61,214 nucleotides of DNA from Anaerolineae bacterium (GTDB lineage: Bacteria; Chloroflexota; Anaerolineae; B4-G1), in assembly GCA_034430655.1 (NCBI GenBank), contig DAOUEC010000177.1, positions 1 to 61,214 of the forward strand. Direction: 5' to 3'. Positions within the stretch are counted from its first letter, which is position 1. Every line of letters starts with the position of its first letter. This document shows positions 46,740-55,762 of the stretch, piece by piece. The notes beneath the pieces are model-generated. The model searched no databases and was not told the origin of the DNA. It worked only from the letters and a program-made list of their open reading frames with translations. Both the position numbers and the translations under genes were made by a program.

Positions 46740-47883
46740 CCTGTACCTCCCGCTTGTGATAGATCTCTACGTAGGGCTGCTCCACCTGGTGGAGTTCGTC
46801 CATCTCATAGGTCGCCAGGGGCAGTGGGTCCTCCAGGCTTCTGCCCGCGACGTACCCCAGCGTCTCCTGGGCCCGATCCGCCAGCAGGCTGAAGACCTGA
46901 GCGACAGGGATGGACATGGGGCAGGCATCCTCACACGTTCCACACGACACACACGAGAGGATCATGTGCGACGCCCGCCCCAGGTGAAACAGGAGGGTGT
47001 CGGGCGGGAACCTCAGCGCCCCTTTCCGTTCTGAGCGCGCCAGGTAGTTCTCAGGGGGGAGTTTCAACGCTGCCGATTCAAAGTAGCACTGACGACAGTA
47101 GCATACAGGGCAGACCCGCTGGCAGTTGTGGCAGTTGATACAATCGCTGAACACGTCCAGCAGTCCGTCCGGCCCCGCGATTCCCTCTCTCAGGTCCGCG
47201 TGGGCCTGCTGGCGCCGCTCCATCTGGGCCTTCTCCATCTCCTTGACCTGCGCAGTCCAGTCATCCAACGCTGCCTCCAGAGGCATATCCATACTCTCCA
47301 GGACGCGCTCTCCCTTCGGGCTACCCGGGATGACGAAGACCGTCCCATCCGCACTGCCCAGCGTGCCAATGTGCAGATCGGAGGCCGGCATGCTGAAGCG
47401 GTGGCAGATCTGGCAGGCCGGCCGCATGGGTGCGCGGTCCCAACGCTGGGATGCCTCTGCGAAGCGAGCCGCGCCGGCGGCCGGATCCTCGAGATAATCT
47501 GACAGGGGCAACACTCCAGGGCAGTCTACGGTGATCAGCCACAGATTGTCCAGGTGCGCCTGCTCAAGTTTGGTCAACTCGATCGCCGCCCGCGCCTCAC
47601 AGGGGCGCACGACCGCCGCGATGCGCTTACTTCCATTCCCGCGCATCGTCAGGCGGCTGATCGCTTTGCCACCCTGAACGGGCATCACCGGGGGCAGCGG
47701 AGAGGCATTTTCGAGGAGAGCCGGGTTCTGCAGCAGCAGGTAGGCGAACGAATCCTCCGCCGGCACCTGCACGGGTATGAGGAGTGCGTCAAAGACCTTT
47801 TTGTTCAATGCCTCCTTTAGCCAGCCGACGACGGCGGCTTCAACGCCGTCCTCTGCTGGCAGGATTGCACCTTTGTCGTTCAC
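46732..47883 (-). CDS. Fe-S oxidoreductase (paralog of 45627..46739)
   Basis: 'VVRPCEARAAIELT', 'CINCHNCQRVCPVCYC' and 'CVSCGTCEDACP'. Confidence 0.65.
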   Translation of the reverse strand: MNDKGAILPAEDGVEAAVVGWLKEALNKKVFDALLIPVQVPAEDSFAYLLLQNPALLENASPLPPVMPVQGGKAISRLTMRGNGSKRIAAVVRPCEARAAIELTKLEQAHLDNLWLITVDCPGVLPLSDYLEDPAAGAARFAEASQRWDRAPMRPACQICHRFSMPASDLHIGTLGSADGTVFVIPGSPKGERVLESMDMPLEAALDDWTAQVKEMEKAQMERRQQAHADLREGIAGPDGLLDVFSDCINCHNCQRVCPVCYCRQCYFESAALKLPPENYLARSERKGALRFPPDTLLFHLGRASHMILSCVSCGTCEDACPMSIPVAQVFSLLADRAQETLGYVAGRSLEDPLPLATYEMDELHQVEQPYVEIYHKREVQDA

Positions 47884-48311
47884 GTGTCGCTCCTTGTCTT
47901 CAGCGGATTGGGCCCTAGTTTCTTAATGTGGTCGTTGAACTCGGTGGCCGTGTCCACAAACCGCTGGCCCTCGCCGTGCGCCACGTAGCGGAACCAGACC
48001 CGCTCCGGCTCCAGGCCAAGCGTATCCAGGATGCTTGTCACCAGCGCGACTCGCCTGCGGGCGCGGAAGTTGCCGTCGTTGTAGTGACAGTCACCCGGAT
48101 AGCAACCACTGATCGCCACGCCATCCGCCCCCTCGATCAGCGGGCGAATGATATGCACCGCCGGCAGCGCCCCGGTGCAATTGACGCGGGACGGCCTCAC
48201 GTTCTCAGGATAATGCAGATGGTGGGCGGCAGCGGTCTCACCGCCACCGGAGCCACACCAACTGCACAGGAAGTAGATGATCCTGGGTTCGAACTCTTGC
48301 TCGTCGCTCAT
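47880..48311 (-). CDS. MvhD-like iron-sulfur protein (divergent paralog)
   Basis: 'RIIYFLCSWCGSGGGETAA...VNCTG...GADGVAISGCYPGDCHY'. Confidence 0.85.
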   Translation of the reverse strand: MSDEQEFEPRIIYFLCSWCGSGGGETAAAHHLHYPENVRPSRVNCTGALPAVHIIRPLIEGADGVAISGCYPGDCHYNDGNFRARRRVALVTSILDTLGLEPERVWFRYVAHGEGQRFVDTATEFNDHIKKLGPNPLKTRSDT

Positions 48312-48319
48312 ATTTCACC

Positions 48320-51280
48320 TCACACCAGCAAGGCATCGAGCGCGGCTATGGACTGCTCGCCCATAAAGTCACGCAGGTAAGAAGCATCGTTGGGACATAT
48401 CGCCACACACGAGCCGCACGAATCGCACAGGAAAGGATGGGTCCTGGCTACCTTCTTGAACTCGTCAATGTACCGCGCGCCGTAAGGACAGACGTCCACA
48501 CAGAGGCCACATCCCATGCACAGAGATTCGTACACATCGGCAACGAACATCTTGTTGGGAGGGGGCATCTTCTTCTTGCCGATGACCACCAGCACGCGGC
48601 CAGCCGCGTCCTTCGCGGTCAGGATCGTCTCCTCGAACGAGCGAGGCGAATGAGCCAACCCCACCGGGAAGATGCCGTTACCGGCCAGTTCGAAGGGCTT
48701 GGTCAGTTTCTTGATCGCTTCCTCGAAAGGATAGTTGCTGATGTCGCTGGAAAAGAAGCCCTCGTAGTCCAGCGGATAGTTCAACAACCGCGAGAGGGCC
48801 TGGCTGTTCTCCGCGTCCGGTACGATGCCGGTGCTCAGCGCGACCCAATCCGCCTGAACTCGCTGTTCCCCATTGACAACCTCCAGCCCGTTTCCGTTGC
48901 TCCACACCTCGGGGTAGCGATCGTCGGGGAAGCGAACGAACCGCACCCCCGCCTCCCTGGCGAGCCGGTAGTAATCCACTTTGCCGTAGGTCGCGATGTC
49001 ACGGTGGAAAACGGCGACCTCAGTTCCCTTCTCGCGCAGCGCGATGGCGTTCTTCAGCGCCTGGTTGCAGCAGAGCCGGGAGCAGTACGGGACCCCCGGA
49101 GTCCTTGAGCCCACGCACTGGATCATCGTCACCCGGCTGGCGGTCTCACCGCCGCTCATCTTCGCCTGGAGTTCCGTCTGCGTCATCACCCGTGGATCCT
49201 GGCCGTAGAGAAAGCCCTCTGGCCGGTACTCCTGGGCCCCCGTCGCCACGATGATCACGCCGGTGTCCACCGGGACGTGCCCCGTTGGCGCATCCACCAC
49301 CACGTGGTTGTTGCCCGCGTACCCCTCCGCCTGGGCCAGGTGCGCCTGAGTGTAGCAGGTGATGTTGTCAGCGTTCTCCACGGCGGAGATGAGCCCCTCC
49401 ACGTACTTCCGTTGCTCCTCATCCAGATACTGCATCTGCCCGCCCAGTTTCTCCTCGCGCTCCACCAGCGCGACGGGGAACCCGTTGGCGGCGATCTCGG
49501 CAGCCGCGGTCAGTCCGGCCAGCCCTCCGCCGACGACCAGTGCCCGTGGGATGAACGTGTCCATAGGTGGGCCAGCCTGCATCCCGCGCTTGACCTTCTC
49601 CACCCCGCCCCGGATCAGCGCCAGGGACTTTTCCAGCATCTTATCCCGGTCCGTGTGCACCTGTATGACGTCTTCCCGGAAGCGCAGGTACTCGCACAGG
49701 AGAGGGTTGAGCCCGGCCATCATCACGGCCTTGTTGTACTTGCCCTTCTTCTGCAAGGGCGTGCAGACGGCCAGGACGACCCGGTTGACACCGGACTGCT
49801 TGATGCGCTCGGCCGTCGCCTTGATCGTGGGGCCGGTGCAGCAGCCCTCGATGATCTCGGCGTGAGCGACGCCGGGCAGCGCCCGCACCTGCTCCTCCAG
49901 TGTCGGCAGGTCTATCCGCTCGTCGAACAGGCCGAAGCAACTGCATAAGAACACGCCGACGCGGATAGGCTCACCCTCCACGTCCCGCAGCGGTGGGCCG
50001 GGGGCCGGCTTAAAGTTCTTCTCCCCCAGGTACTTCTGCACCTCGGTCAGAGTCGCGCAGCCTTCCCAGACGGTCTCCGGGTTGCCCTTTGGCCCCGTGA
50101 GTTCCCCGACGGCAAAGATGCCGTCCACATCCGTCTCGCAGCACGAGAAGGGCCGGATGTGACAGAACCCGTTCTCGTCCGCCTGCACGCCGGTCAGCCG
50201 CGACAGTTCGGCCATCTGCGACGGGGGGCTTTGCCCTGTGACCAGGATGGCCAACTCGACGGTGTGCGTGTGCGATTCGCCGTTACTTCGACTATGCTCA
50301 GTACAAGCCGCAGAGGTATAGTGGATGGTCACCTGCTCAGCGCCGTCCTCGGGGACGATCTTGAGCGTTTCCGCCCGCTCTACACGCACACCGGCGTCCA
50401 GGGCTTTCTGGTACCACCGATAGTGCCCCTTTCCCGTCCCCCGATAGTCGTGCAGGAAGACGGCTACATCGGCCTGCGGGAGAATCTCCTTGAGCCGGAC
50501 GGCGCGGTAGATGGCGCTCACGCTCAGGTTATAGTTCTCGTATTCGACGCCCGGCCGGTTGAAGTGGGGCGTGACGACGATGTCGAAGGTCTGCGGGATC
50601 TTGCCGGACGGCAGGCGCACGGAATCGCGCACAAAGTTGGTCAGAAGCGAGCGCCTGGCCACCGCGGAGTTTCGGATCACGCTGGGGCTTTGCCCCAGCG
50701 CGAAATCGCGCAGGTCCTCATCGCTGGGTTCCTCGAACGTATCGGCCAGGATAATCGCCCCCACGTCGGCCTCCAGCACCTCCTCCGGCCGCTCGACCTT
50801 GAGGGCGCCAGTGGGGCATACTTCCTCACACTTACCGCAGCGGATGCAGTGCTCGAAGTCAATCACGTAGCAGTTCTCCCACGCCGCCTCGGGGATGACT
50901 CGGATCGCCTTGTGGCCATCTACCTCGACCGGACAGACCTCGATGCACCGGTCACACTCGGTGCAGGCGAAGTTGTTGACCACCTTGTCTCGCTTCTTGA
51001 ACTTGACGTGGAAATGGCCTGCCTCGCCGGAAACCTCCAGCAGTTCGGCGTTGTAGCAGTCCTGCATCGCGCCGAGGGCCTTGAACAGGCGCTGGGGCAT
51101 GTGCCCGCAGATCCAGCAGAAGTCGAGCGGCAGTTGGGCCAGCGCCTGATACTTCATCTCATCCACGTAGGAGCCACGGTTGAGCAGGATGAACTTGTGA
51201 CCGCTCTTGCCCAGGGCATACGCGGCCCGATAGCCGCCCAGATTGGTCCCATAGATCAACACTGTGCTCTCATTGCTCAT
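48320..51280 (-). CDS. Double-length HdrA-like flavoprotein (degenerate HdrA-like N-half plus complete HdrA-like C-half)
   Basis: 986 aa. The N-half has a dinucleotide-binding start and ferredoxin motifs ('CTECDRCIEVCP', 'CIRCGKCEEVCP'). A mid region, 'VGVFLCSCFGLF', resembles an HdrA N-domain. The C-half has 'VVGGGLAGLTAA', 'QCVGSRT', 'CSRLCCNQA' and terminal 2x[4Fe-4S] motifs. Confidence 0.8.
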   Translation of the reverse strand: MSNESTVLIYGTNLGGYRAAYALGKSGHKFILLNRGSYVDEMKYQALAQLPLDFCWICGHMPQRLFKALGAMQDCYNAELLEVSGEAGHFHVKFKKRDKVVNNFACTECDRCIEVCPVEVDGHKAIRVIPEAAWENCYVIDFEHCIRCGKCEEVCPTGALKVERPEEVLEADVGAIILADTFEEPSDEDLRDFALGQSPSVIRNSAVARRSLLTNFVRDSVRLPSGKIPQTFDIVVTPHFNRPGVEYENYNLSVSAIYRAVRLKEILPQADVAVFLHDYRGTGKGHYRWYQKALDAGVRVERAETLKIVPEDGAEQVTIHYTSAACTEHSRSNGESHTHTVELAILVTGQSPPSQMAELSRLTGVQADENGFCHIRPFSCCETDVDGIFAVGELTGPKGNPETVWEGCATLTEVQKYLGEKNFKPAPGPPLRDVEGEPIRVGVFLCSCFGLFDERIDLPTLEEQVRALPGVAHAEIIEGCCTGPTIKATAERIKQSGVNRVVLAVCTPLQKKGKYNKAVMMAGLNPLLCEYLRFREDVIQVHTDRDKMLEKSLALIRGGVEKVKRGMQAGPPMDTFIPRALVVGGGLAGLTAAAEIAANGFPVALVEREEKLGGQMQYLDEEQRKYVEGLISAVENADNITCYTQAHLAQAEGYAGNNHVVVDAPTGHVPVDTGVIIVATGAQEYRPEGFLYGQDPRVMTQTELQAKMSGGETASRVTMIQCVGSRTPGVPYCSRLCCNQALKNAIALREKGTEVAVFHRDIATYGKVDYYRLAREAGVRFVRFPDDRYPEVWSNGNGLEVVNGEQRVQADWVALSTGIVPDAENSQALSRLLNYPLDYEGFFSSDISNYPFEEAIKKLTKPFELAGNGIFPVGLAHSPRSFEETILTAKDAAGRVLVVIGKKKMPPPNKMFVADVYESLCMGCGLCVDVCPYGARYIDEFKKVARTHPFLCDSCGSCVAICPNDASYLRDFMGEQSIAALDALLV

Positions 51281-53088
51281 CTGCCTACCTCCACTGTCTG
51301 GGGCTCGAGCACGCGGAACAGCCCCTCAATCTGAGCCATAATCTGCTGGTCGGTGAAGTGATGCGCCGTGATGGCGCCGGAGGGGCAGGCTGCCGCACAG
51401 GTACCGCAGCCCTTGCACAGCGCCTCGTTGACGCGGGCGACGTTCTTCTCCTCGATGAAACTGATGGCGGTGTAGGGGCAGAGCGCGATGCAGGTCTTGC
51501 AGCCCGAGCAGAGCACCTCGTCCACGACAGAGATCGTCGGTGAGATGGTCACCTCACCCTTGTCCAGCAGCGCCAGCGCCATGGAAGCCGCCGCGCCAGC
51601 GTGAGCCACCGTATCCGGCACGTCCCTGGGCCCCTGGGCAGTCCCGGCCAGGAAGACGCCGTCTGTGTTGGTCTCCACCGGCCGCATCTTGGGATGGGCC
51701 TCGGCGAAGAAGCCATCCTCCGTGCGACTCAGGCCAAAGAGCGCCGCCACCCTATCAGCGTCGTGCGGGGCCTCGATGGCCGTGCTGAGCACGACCATGT
51801 CCACGTCCACCTGCACCAGCCGGCCCAGGTTGGCATCTTCGCCCTTGACGCGCAGTTTGCTGTCCTCTCGCCCATTTTGTGGCTCCAGCACCTCGACCTC
51901 GGCGCCGCGACCGCGCACCATACAGACGCCCTCCTTCTGCACCCGCTCGTAGAACTCCTCGTAGGCCTTGCCGAAGGCGCGCATGTCCATGTAAAACTCG
52001 TACACCTCGGCCCCGGTCTTGTCGCGCACCAGGTGGGCTTGCTTGAGAGAGTACATGCAGCAGATGCGGGAGCAGTAGGGATGGGCGTTGTGGTCACGGC
52101 TGCCGACGCAGTGGATGATCGCCACGCGCTCGGGCTTGCGCCCATCGGCCAGCAATATCTCACCGCCGGTGATGCCGCCGGCGTTGGAGAGGTGTTCGAA
52201 CTCCATCCCGGTGATGATGTTGGGCGACTTGCCGTAGGAGTACTGGGAAAGTTGGGCCGGATCCCACATCTCGAAGCCGGTGGCGACGATGATGGTCCCC
52301 ACGTCCAGTTCCAGTATCTCGTCCTGCTGGTCGAAGTCCACCGCGCCGGCCTCGCATATCATCTGGCAGACCCCGCAGGCGTCCGCGATCTCGCCGTCGG
52401 TGCGGTCGTTCTGGCGGAAGCGGATGCAGGTGTCGGTGTCAATCACTGGCACGCGGGGCACCGCCTGCATCGAAGGTACCCAGATAGCCGAGGTCGGCCC
52501 CAGCGGCTTCTCCTTGTAGACCGCTTCTTTCTCCAACACGGTCTCGATGGCACCGGTAGGGCATACGATGGTGCAGGCCCCACAGCCGATGCACTGGCGG
52601 GTCTTCTCCAGGAAGGGCGGCCCCACCTTCCGCTCAACACCGGACTGGGAGAAGTTCAACACGTCGGCTTTCACCAGTTCGTGGCACGTGCGCACGCACA
52701 GGCCACAGAGGATACATTTCTCGTCCGGGTTGTCCGTCGGAAAGGGTGGCTCCGTGATGCCGTACTCCCGCGCCAGGTCCTGGATGACCGGTACGTTGGG
52801 GCAGCGCGAGAGCATTAGCCCCAGGACGACCTTGCGGGCCTCAATAACAGCCGGAGAGCGGGTCTTGACCTCCAGCCCGTCCCACGCAGGGTGCGTGCAG
52901 GAGGTCTCCAGCCTGGAGCGGCCGCGGCGGATCACCTCCACCACACAGAGGCGGCAAGCGCCGAAGGGCTCCAGGAGTGGGTGATAGCATAAAGTAGGAA
53001 TCTCGATCCCGGCCTGCCGGGCGACCTCAAGAATGGTCTGCCCTTCTTCGGCCTGGATCTCTTGTCCGTCAATGATAAGTGTGACCAT
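51277..53088 (-). CDS. Fusion of a NuoG-like N-terminal Fe-S domain and the C-terminal two-thirds of HdrA
   Basis: The first roughly 190 aa ('IIDGQEIQAEEGQTILEVA...CYH...CRLCVVEV', 'CILCGLCVRTC', 'CIGCGACTIVCP') are paralogous to the fdhA N-terminus. From 'AVPRVPVIDTDTC' onward it aligns colinearly with hdrA (19588..21555) from 'AVPQYPVIDREHC' to the end ('HCVGSRD', 'CSRICCMYS'). Confidence 0.85.
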   Translation of the reverse strand: MVTLIIDGQEIQAEEGQTILEVARQAGIEIPTLCYHPLLEPFGACRLCVVEVIRRGRSRLETSCTHPAWDGLEVKTRSPAVIEARKVVLGLMLSRCPNVPVIQDLAREYGITEPPFPTDNPDEKCILCGLCVRTCHELVKADVLNFSQSGVERKVGPPFLEKTRQCIGCGACTIVCPTGAIETVLEKEAVYKEKPLGPTSAIWVPSMQAVPRVPVIDTDTCIRFRQNDRTDGEIADACGVCQMICEAGAVDFDQQDEILELDVGTIIVATGFEMWDPAQLSQYSYGKSPNIITGMEFEHLSNAGGITGGEILLADGRKPERVAIIHCVGSRDHNAHPYCSRICCMYSLKQAHLVRDKTGAEVYEFYMDMRAFGKAYEEFYERVQKEGVCMVRGRGAEVEVLEPQNGREDSKLRVKGEDANLGRLVQVDVDMVVLSTAIEAPHDADRVAALFGLSRTEDGFFAEAHPKMRPVETNTDGVFLAGTAQGPRDVPDTVAHAGAAASMALALLDKGEVTISPTISVVDEVLCSGCKTCIALCPYTAISFIEEKNVARVNEALCKGCGTCAAACPSGAITAHHFTDQQIMAQIEGLFRVLEPQTVEVGR

Positions 53089-53103
53089 ATTGTGTCCCTC
53101 CCA

Positions 53104-54897
53104 TTATCTCACGCCCACCGCGTCGAACTTGCACACGTCGAAGCAGACGCCGCACTTGATGCACAGGCCTGCGTCAATGACGTGCAACTCTTTCTTCTCC
53201 CCGCTGATCGCCTCCTGCGGGCACTTGCGGCGACACAGGCCACAGCCGATGCACTTGTCCGCGATGATATAGTACTCGATCAGCTCCTTACAGACGCCGG
53301 CCGGGCACTTTTTGTCCACGATGTGGGCCACGTACTCGTCACGGAAGTAGCGCAGCGTGCTGAGCACCGGATTAGGCGCTGACTTGCCCAGGCCGCACAG
53401 CGAGACTGACTTTACCACTCGCCCCAGAGTCTCCAGCGTCTCCAGGTCGGCCATCTCTCCCTGGCCCTCGGTGATGCGGGTCAGAATCTCCAGCATACGC
53501 TTGATTCCCTCGCGGCAGGGTGTACACTTGCCGCACGATTCATCCTTGAGAAAGTCGAGAAAATAGCGGGCGACGTCCACCACGCAGGTGCGGTCGTCCC
53601 AGACGATCACCCCGCCGGTGCCCATCATTGAGCCTGCCTCGGCCAACGTCTCATAGTCCATAGGCATATCCAGCAGGCTGGCGGGGAGACAGCCCCCCGA
53701 AGGGCCGCCGATCTGCATTGCTTTGAATTCCCGTCCCTTGGGAACACCACCTCCCATATCAAAGACCAGTTCGCGGACGGTGATGCCCATCGGCACCTCG
53801 ACCAGTCCCACGTTGTTGACCTTGCCGGCCAGCGAAAAGACCTGCGTTCCTTTGCTCGTTTCGGTACCGATACTGGCGAACCACTCGGCGCCACGACTGA
53901 TGATCTCCGGCACGATGTTCAGGGTCTTGACGTTGTTCAGACAACTGGGCCTGTCCCACAACCCTTTCTCAGTGGTGTGGATATGCTTGGGGCGTGGCTC
54001 GCTGACCTTGCCCTCTATGGCGTGCATCAGCGCGGTAGACTCACCACCCACGAAGGAGTGGGCCCCCAGCCTGAGTTCCAGGTCGAAATCAAAGCCGGAG
54101 CCCAGAATGTCCTCGCCCAGCAATCCATACTCTCGCGCCTGTTCGATAGCGGTCCTTATACTCCTCACCGCCAGCGTATGCTCGTAGGGGATGTAGAAGA
54201 ATCCCTGGTGAGCACCGATGGCGTAGGCGCCAATGATCATACCTTCCAGGATACTATGCGGATCGGCCTCCATCAGGGCGCGATCCATAAAGCAGTTAGG
54301 GTCGCCCTCGTCACCGTTGACGAGGGCGTACTTGATCTCGCCCTCGGCCTTACGGCCAGCCTCCCACTTGCGGCCGGTGGAGAAGCCAGCCCCGCCGCGG
54401 CCCCGCAGCCCTGACTTTTTGACCTCTTCGATGATCTCCTCAGTGGTCATCGAGGTGAGTGCCTTTGCCAGCGCCTGGTAGCCACCGACGGCAATGTACT
54501 CTTCGATGGACTGGGGGTTGATTAAACCACAGTGGCGCAAGACGATGCGCATCTGCTTACCATGAAAAGGGATGTCCTTGTAGTAAGGAATGTGTCTGCG
54601 TGTCGTCGGTTCTCTGTAAGTCAGCCGTTCGACGACCCGGCCTTTGACCAGTGTCTCCTCCACCAGTTCGGGCACGTCGGCGGCTTGCACCTTGATGTAA
54701 AAGATGCCATCAGGCTGGATCAGGAGCACCGGCCCCATAGAGCAAAAGCCCCGACAGCCGGCATTGACCACTCTGACCTCTTCCTCCAGGCCACGCCGTT
54801 TCACCTCCGCTTCAAGTGCCGGCATCAGGTCCGGTGCGCGGTCGTGGAGACAACTGACCAGTACGTCAGCTCGATGTCTTCCATTATGTTCAGCCAT
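53104..54897 (-). CDS. NuoF-like NADH-binding FMN / Fe-S subunit (HydB/HoxF type)
   Basis: 'GRGGAGFSTGRKW', 'ESCGKCTPCREG' and C-terminal 2x[4Fe-4S] ('CIGCGLCRRKCP', 'CIKCGVCFDVC'). Start ATG 54897, with AGGAGG 6 nt upstream. Confidence 0.9.
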   Translation of the reverse strand: MAEHNGRHRADVLVSCLHDRAPDLMPALEAEVKRRGLEEEVRVVNAGCRGFCSMGPVLLIQPDGIFYIKVQAADVPELVEETLVKGRVVERLTYREPTTRRHIPYYKDIPFHGKQMRIVLRHCGLINPQSIEEYIAVGGYQALAKALTSMTTEEIIEEVKKSGLRGRGGAGFSTGRKWEAGRKAEGEIKYALVNGDEGDPNCFMDRALMEADPHSILEGMIIGAYAIGAHQGFFYIPYEHTLAVRSIRTAIEQAREYGLLGEDILGSGFDFDLELRLGAHSFVGGESTALMHAIEGKVSEPRPKHIHTTEKGLWDRPSCLNNVKTLNIVPEIISRGAEWFASIGTETSKGTQVFSLAGKVNNVGLVEVPMGITVRELVFDMGGGVPKGREFKAMQIGGPSGGCLPASLLDMPMDYETLAEAGSMMGTGGVIVWDDRTCVVDVARYFLDFLKDESCGKCTPCREGIKRMLEILTRITEGQGEMADLETLETLGRVVKSVSLCGLGKSAPNPVLSTLRYFRDEYVAHIVDKKCPAGVCKELIEYYIIADKCIGCGLCRRKCPQEAISGEKKELHVIDAGLCIKCGVCFDVCKFDAVGVR

Positions 54898-54907
54898 TCT
54901 CATCCTC

Positions 54908-55279
54908 CTACCCTGCCACCCGGCCGACAACCCACTCTTCCACCACGTTGCCCTGTACCACGTGTTCCTCGATGATACGCGGCACCATGGCGGGCATGAC
55001 GTTGCCGTAGGTGACGCGGGGTTCGTCGCCCTGCTGGATGTCCACCAGTGGCTCTTTCGAGCACATGCCGATGCAGCCAACTGTGGTCACGTGCGCGTCA
55101 ATGTTACGCGCTTCCAACTCGGTCAGAATGGCGTGCATCGTCTCCCGCGCGCCGGCCGAGATGCCACAGGTGCCCATACCTACCGTGATGGTCGTGCTTG
55201 TCTCGGTGCGGGCCTGGATGTCTCCTTGCAGTTGCTGGCGCAACTTTTGCAGTTCTTCTAAACTCTTAAGTTTGGGCAT
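54908..55279 (-). CDS. Thioredoxin-like [2Fe-2S] ferredoxin
   Basis: 123 aa. 'GMGTCGISAGA' and 'VGCIGMCSKEP'. Confidence 0.8.
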   Translation of the reverse strand: MPKLKSLEELQKLRQQLQGDIQARTETSTTITVGMGTCGISAGARETMHAILTELEARNIDAHVTTVGCIGMCSKEPLVDIQQGDEPRVTYGNVMPAMVPRIIEEHVVQGNVVEEWVVGRVAG

Positions 55280-55294
55280 TGTGTTATCCCCTCC

Positions 55295-55762
55295 CTATGC
55301 TGCCTCTAGAAGCGCGTAACTCTCTATTATTTCGCCGACACGATCGGTGGTCATCTTGGCATACGGTTCCTCGTTGACCATCACAAAAGGTGCCTGCGCA
55401 CAGGCTCCCAGACAGGAGGTCGCCTCCAGTGAGAACTTGGCGTCGGAAGTGCTCTCACCAACCTTGATCCCCAGTTCCCGCTCGAATGCTTCCAGGATAC
55501 GCGGGCCGCCGTGTATGTGGCAGGCGGTGCCCAGGCACACGCGGATGCAATACTCCCCCTTCGGTCTGAGGGTGAAACTGCGGTAGAAAGTGGCCAGGTG
55601 ATACACCTCGCCCAGAGACGCGTCCAGCCGCTCGGCCACCAGTTCCAGCGCCTCGCGCGGCAGGTAGTTGTACTCCCGCTGGATATCCTGAAGCACGGCC
55701 AGGCTGGCCGTCCGGTCAGCGCCGTAGCGATCAATGATCTCGTTGACTTTATCCAGGCTCAT
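55295..55762 (-). CDS. NuoE-like [2Fe-2S] subunit (HydC/HoxE type)
   Basis: 'LAVLQDIQREYNYLP', 'RVCLGTACH' and 'SCLGACAQAP'. Confidence 0.9.
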   Translation of the reverse strand: MSLDKVNEIIDRYGADRTASLAVLQDIQREYNYLPREALELVAERLDASLGEVYHLATFYRSFTLRPKGEYCIRVCLGTACHIHGGPRILEAFERELGIKVGESTSDAKFSLEATSCLGACAQAPFVMVNEEPYAKMTTDRVGEIIESYALLEAA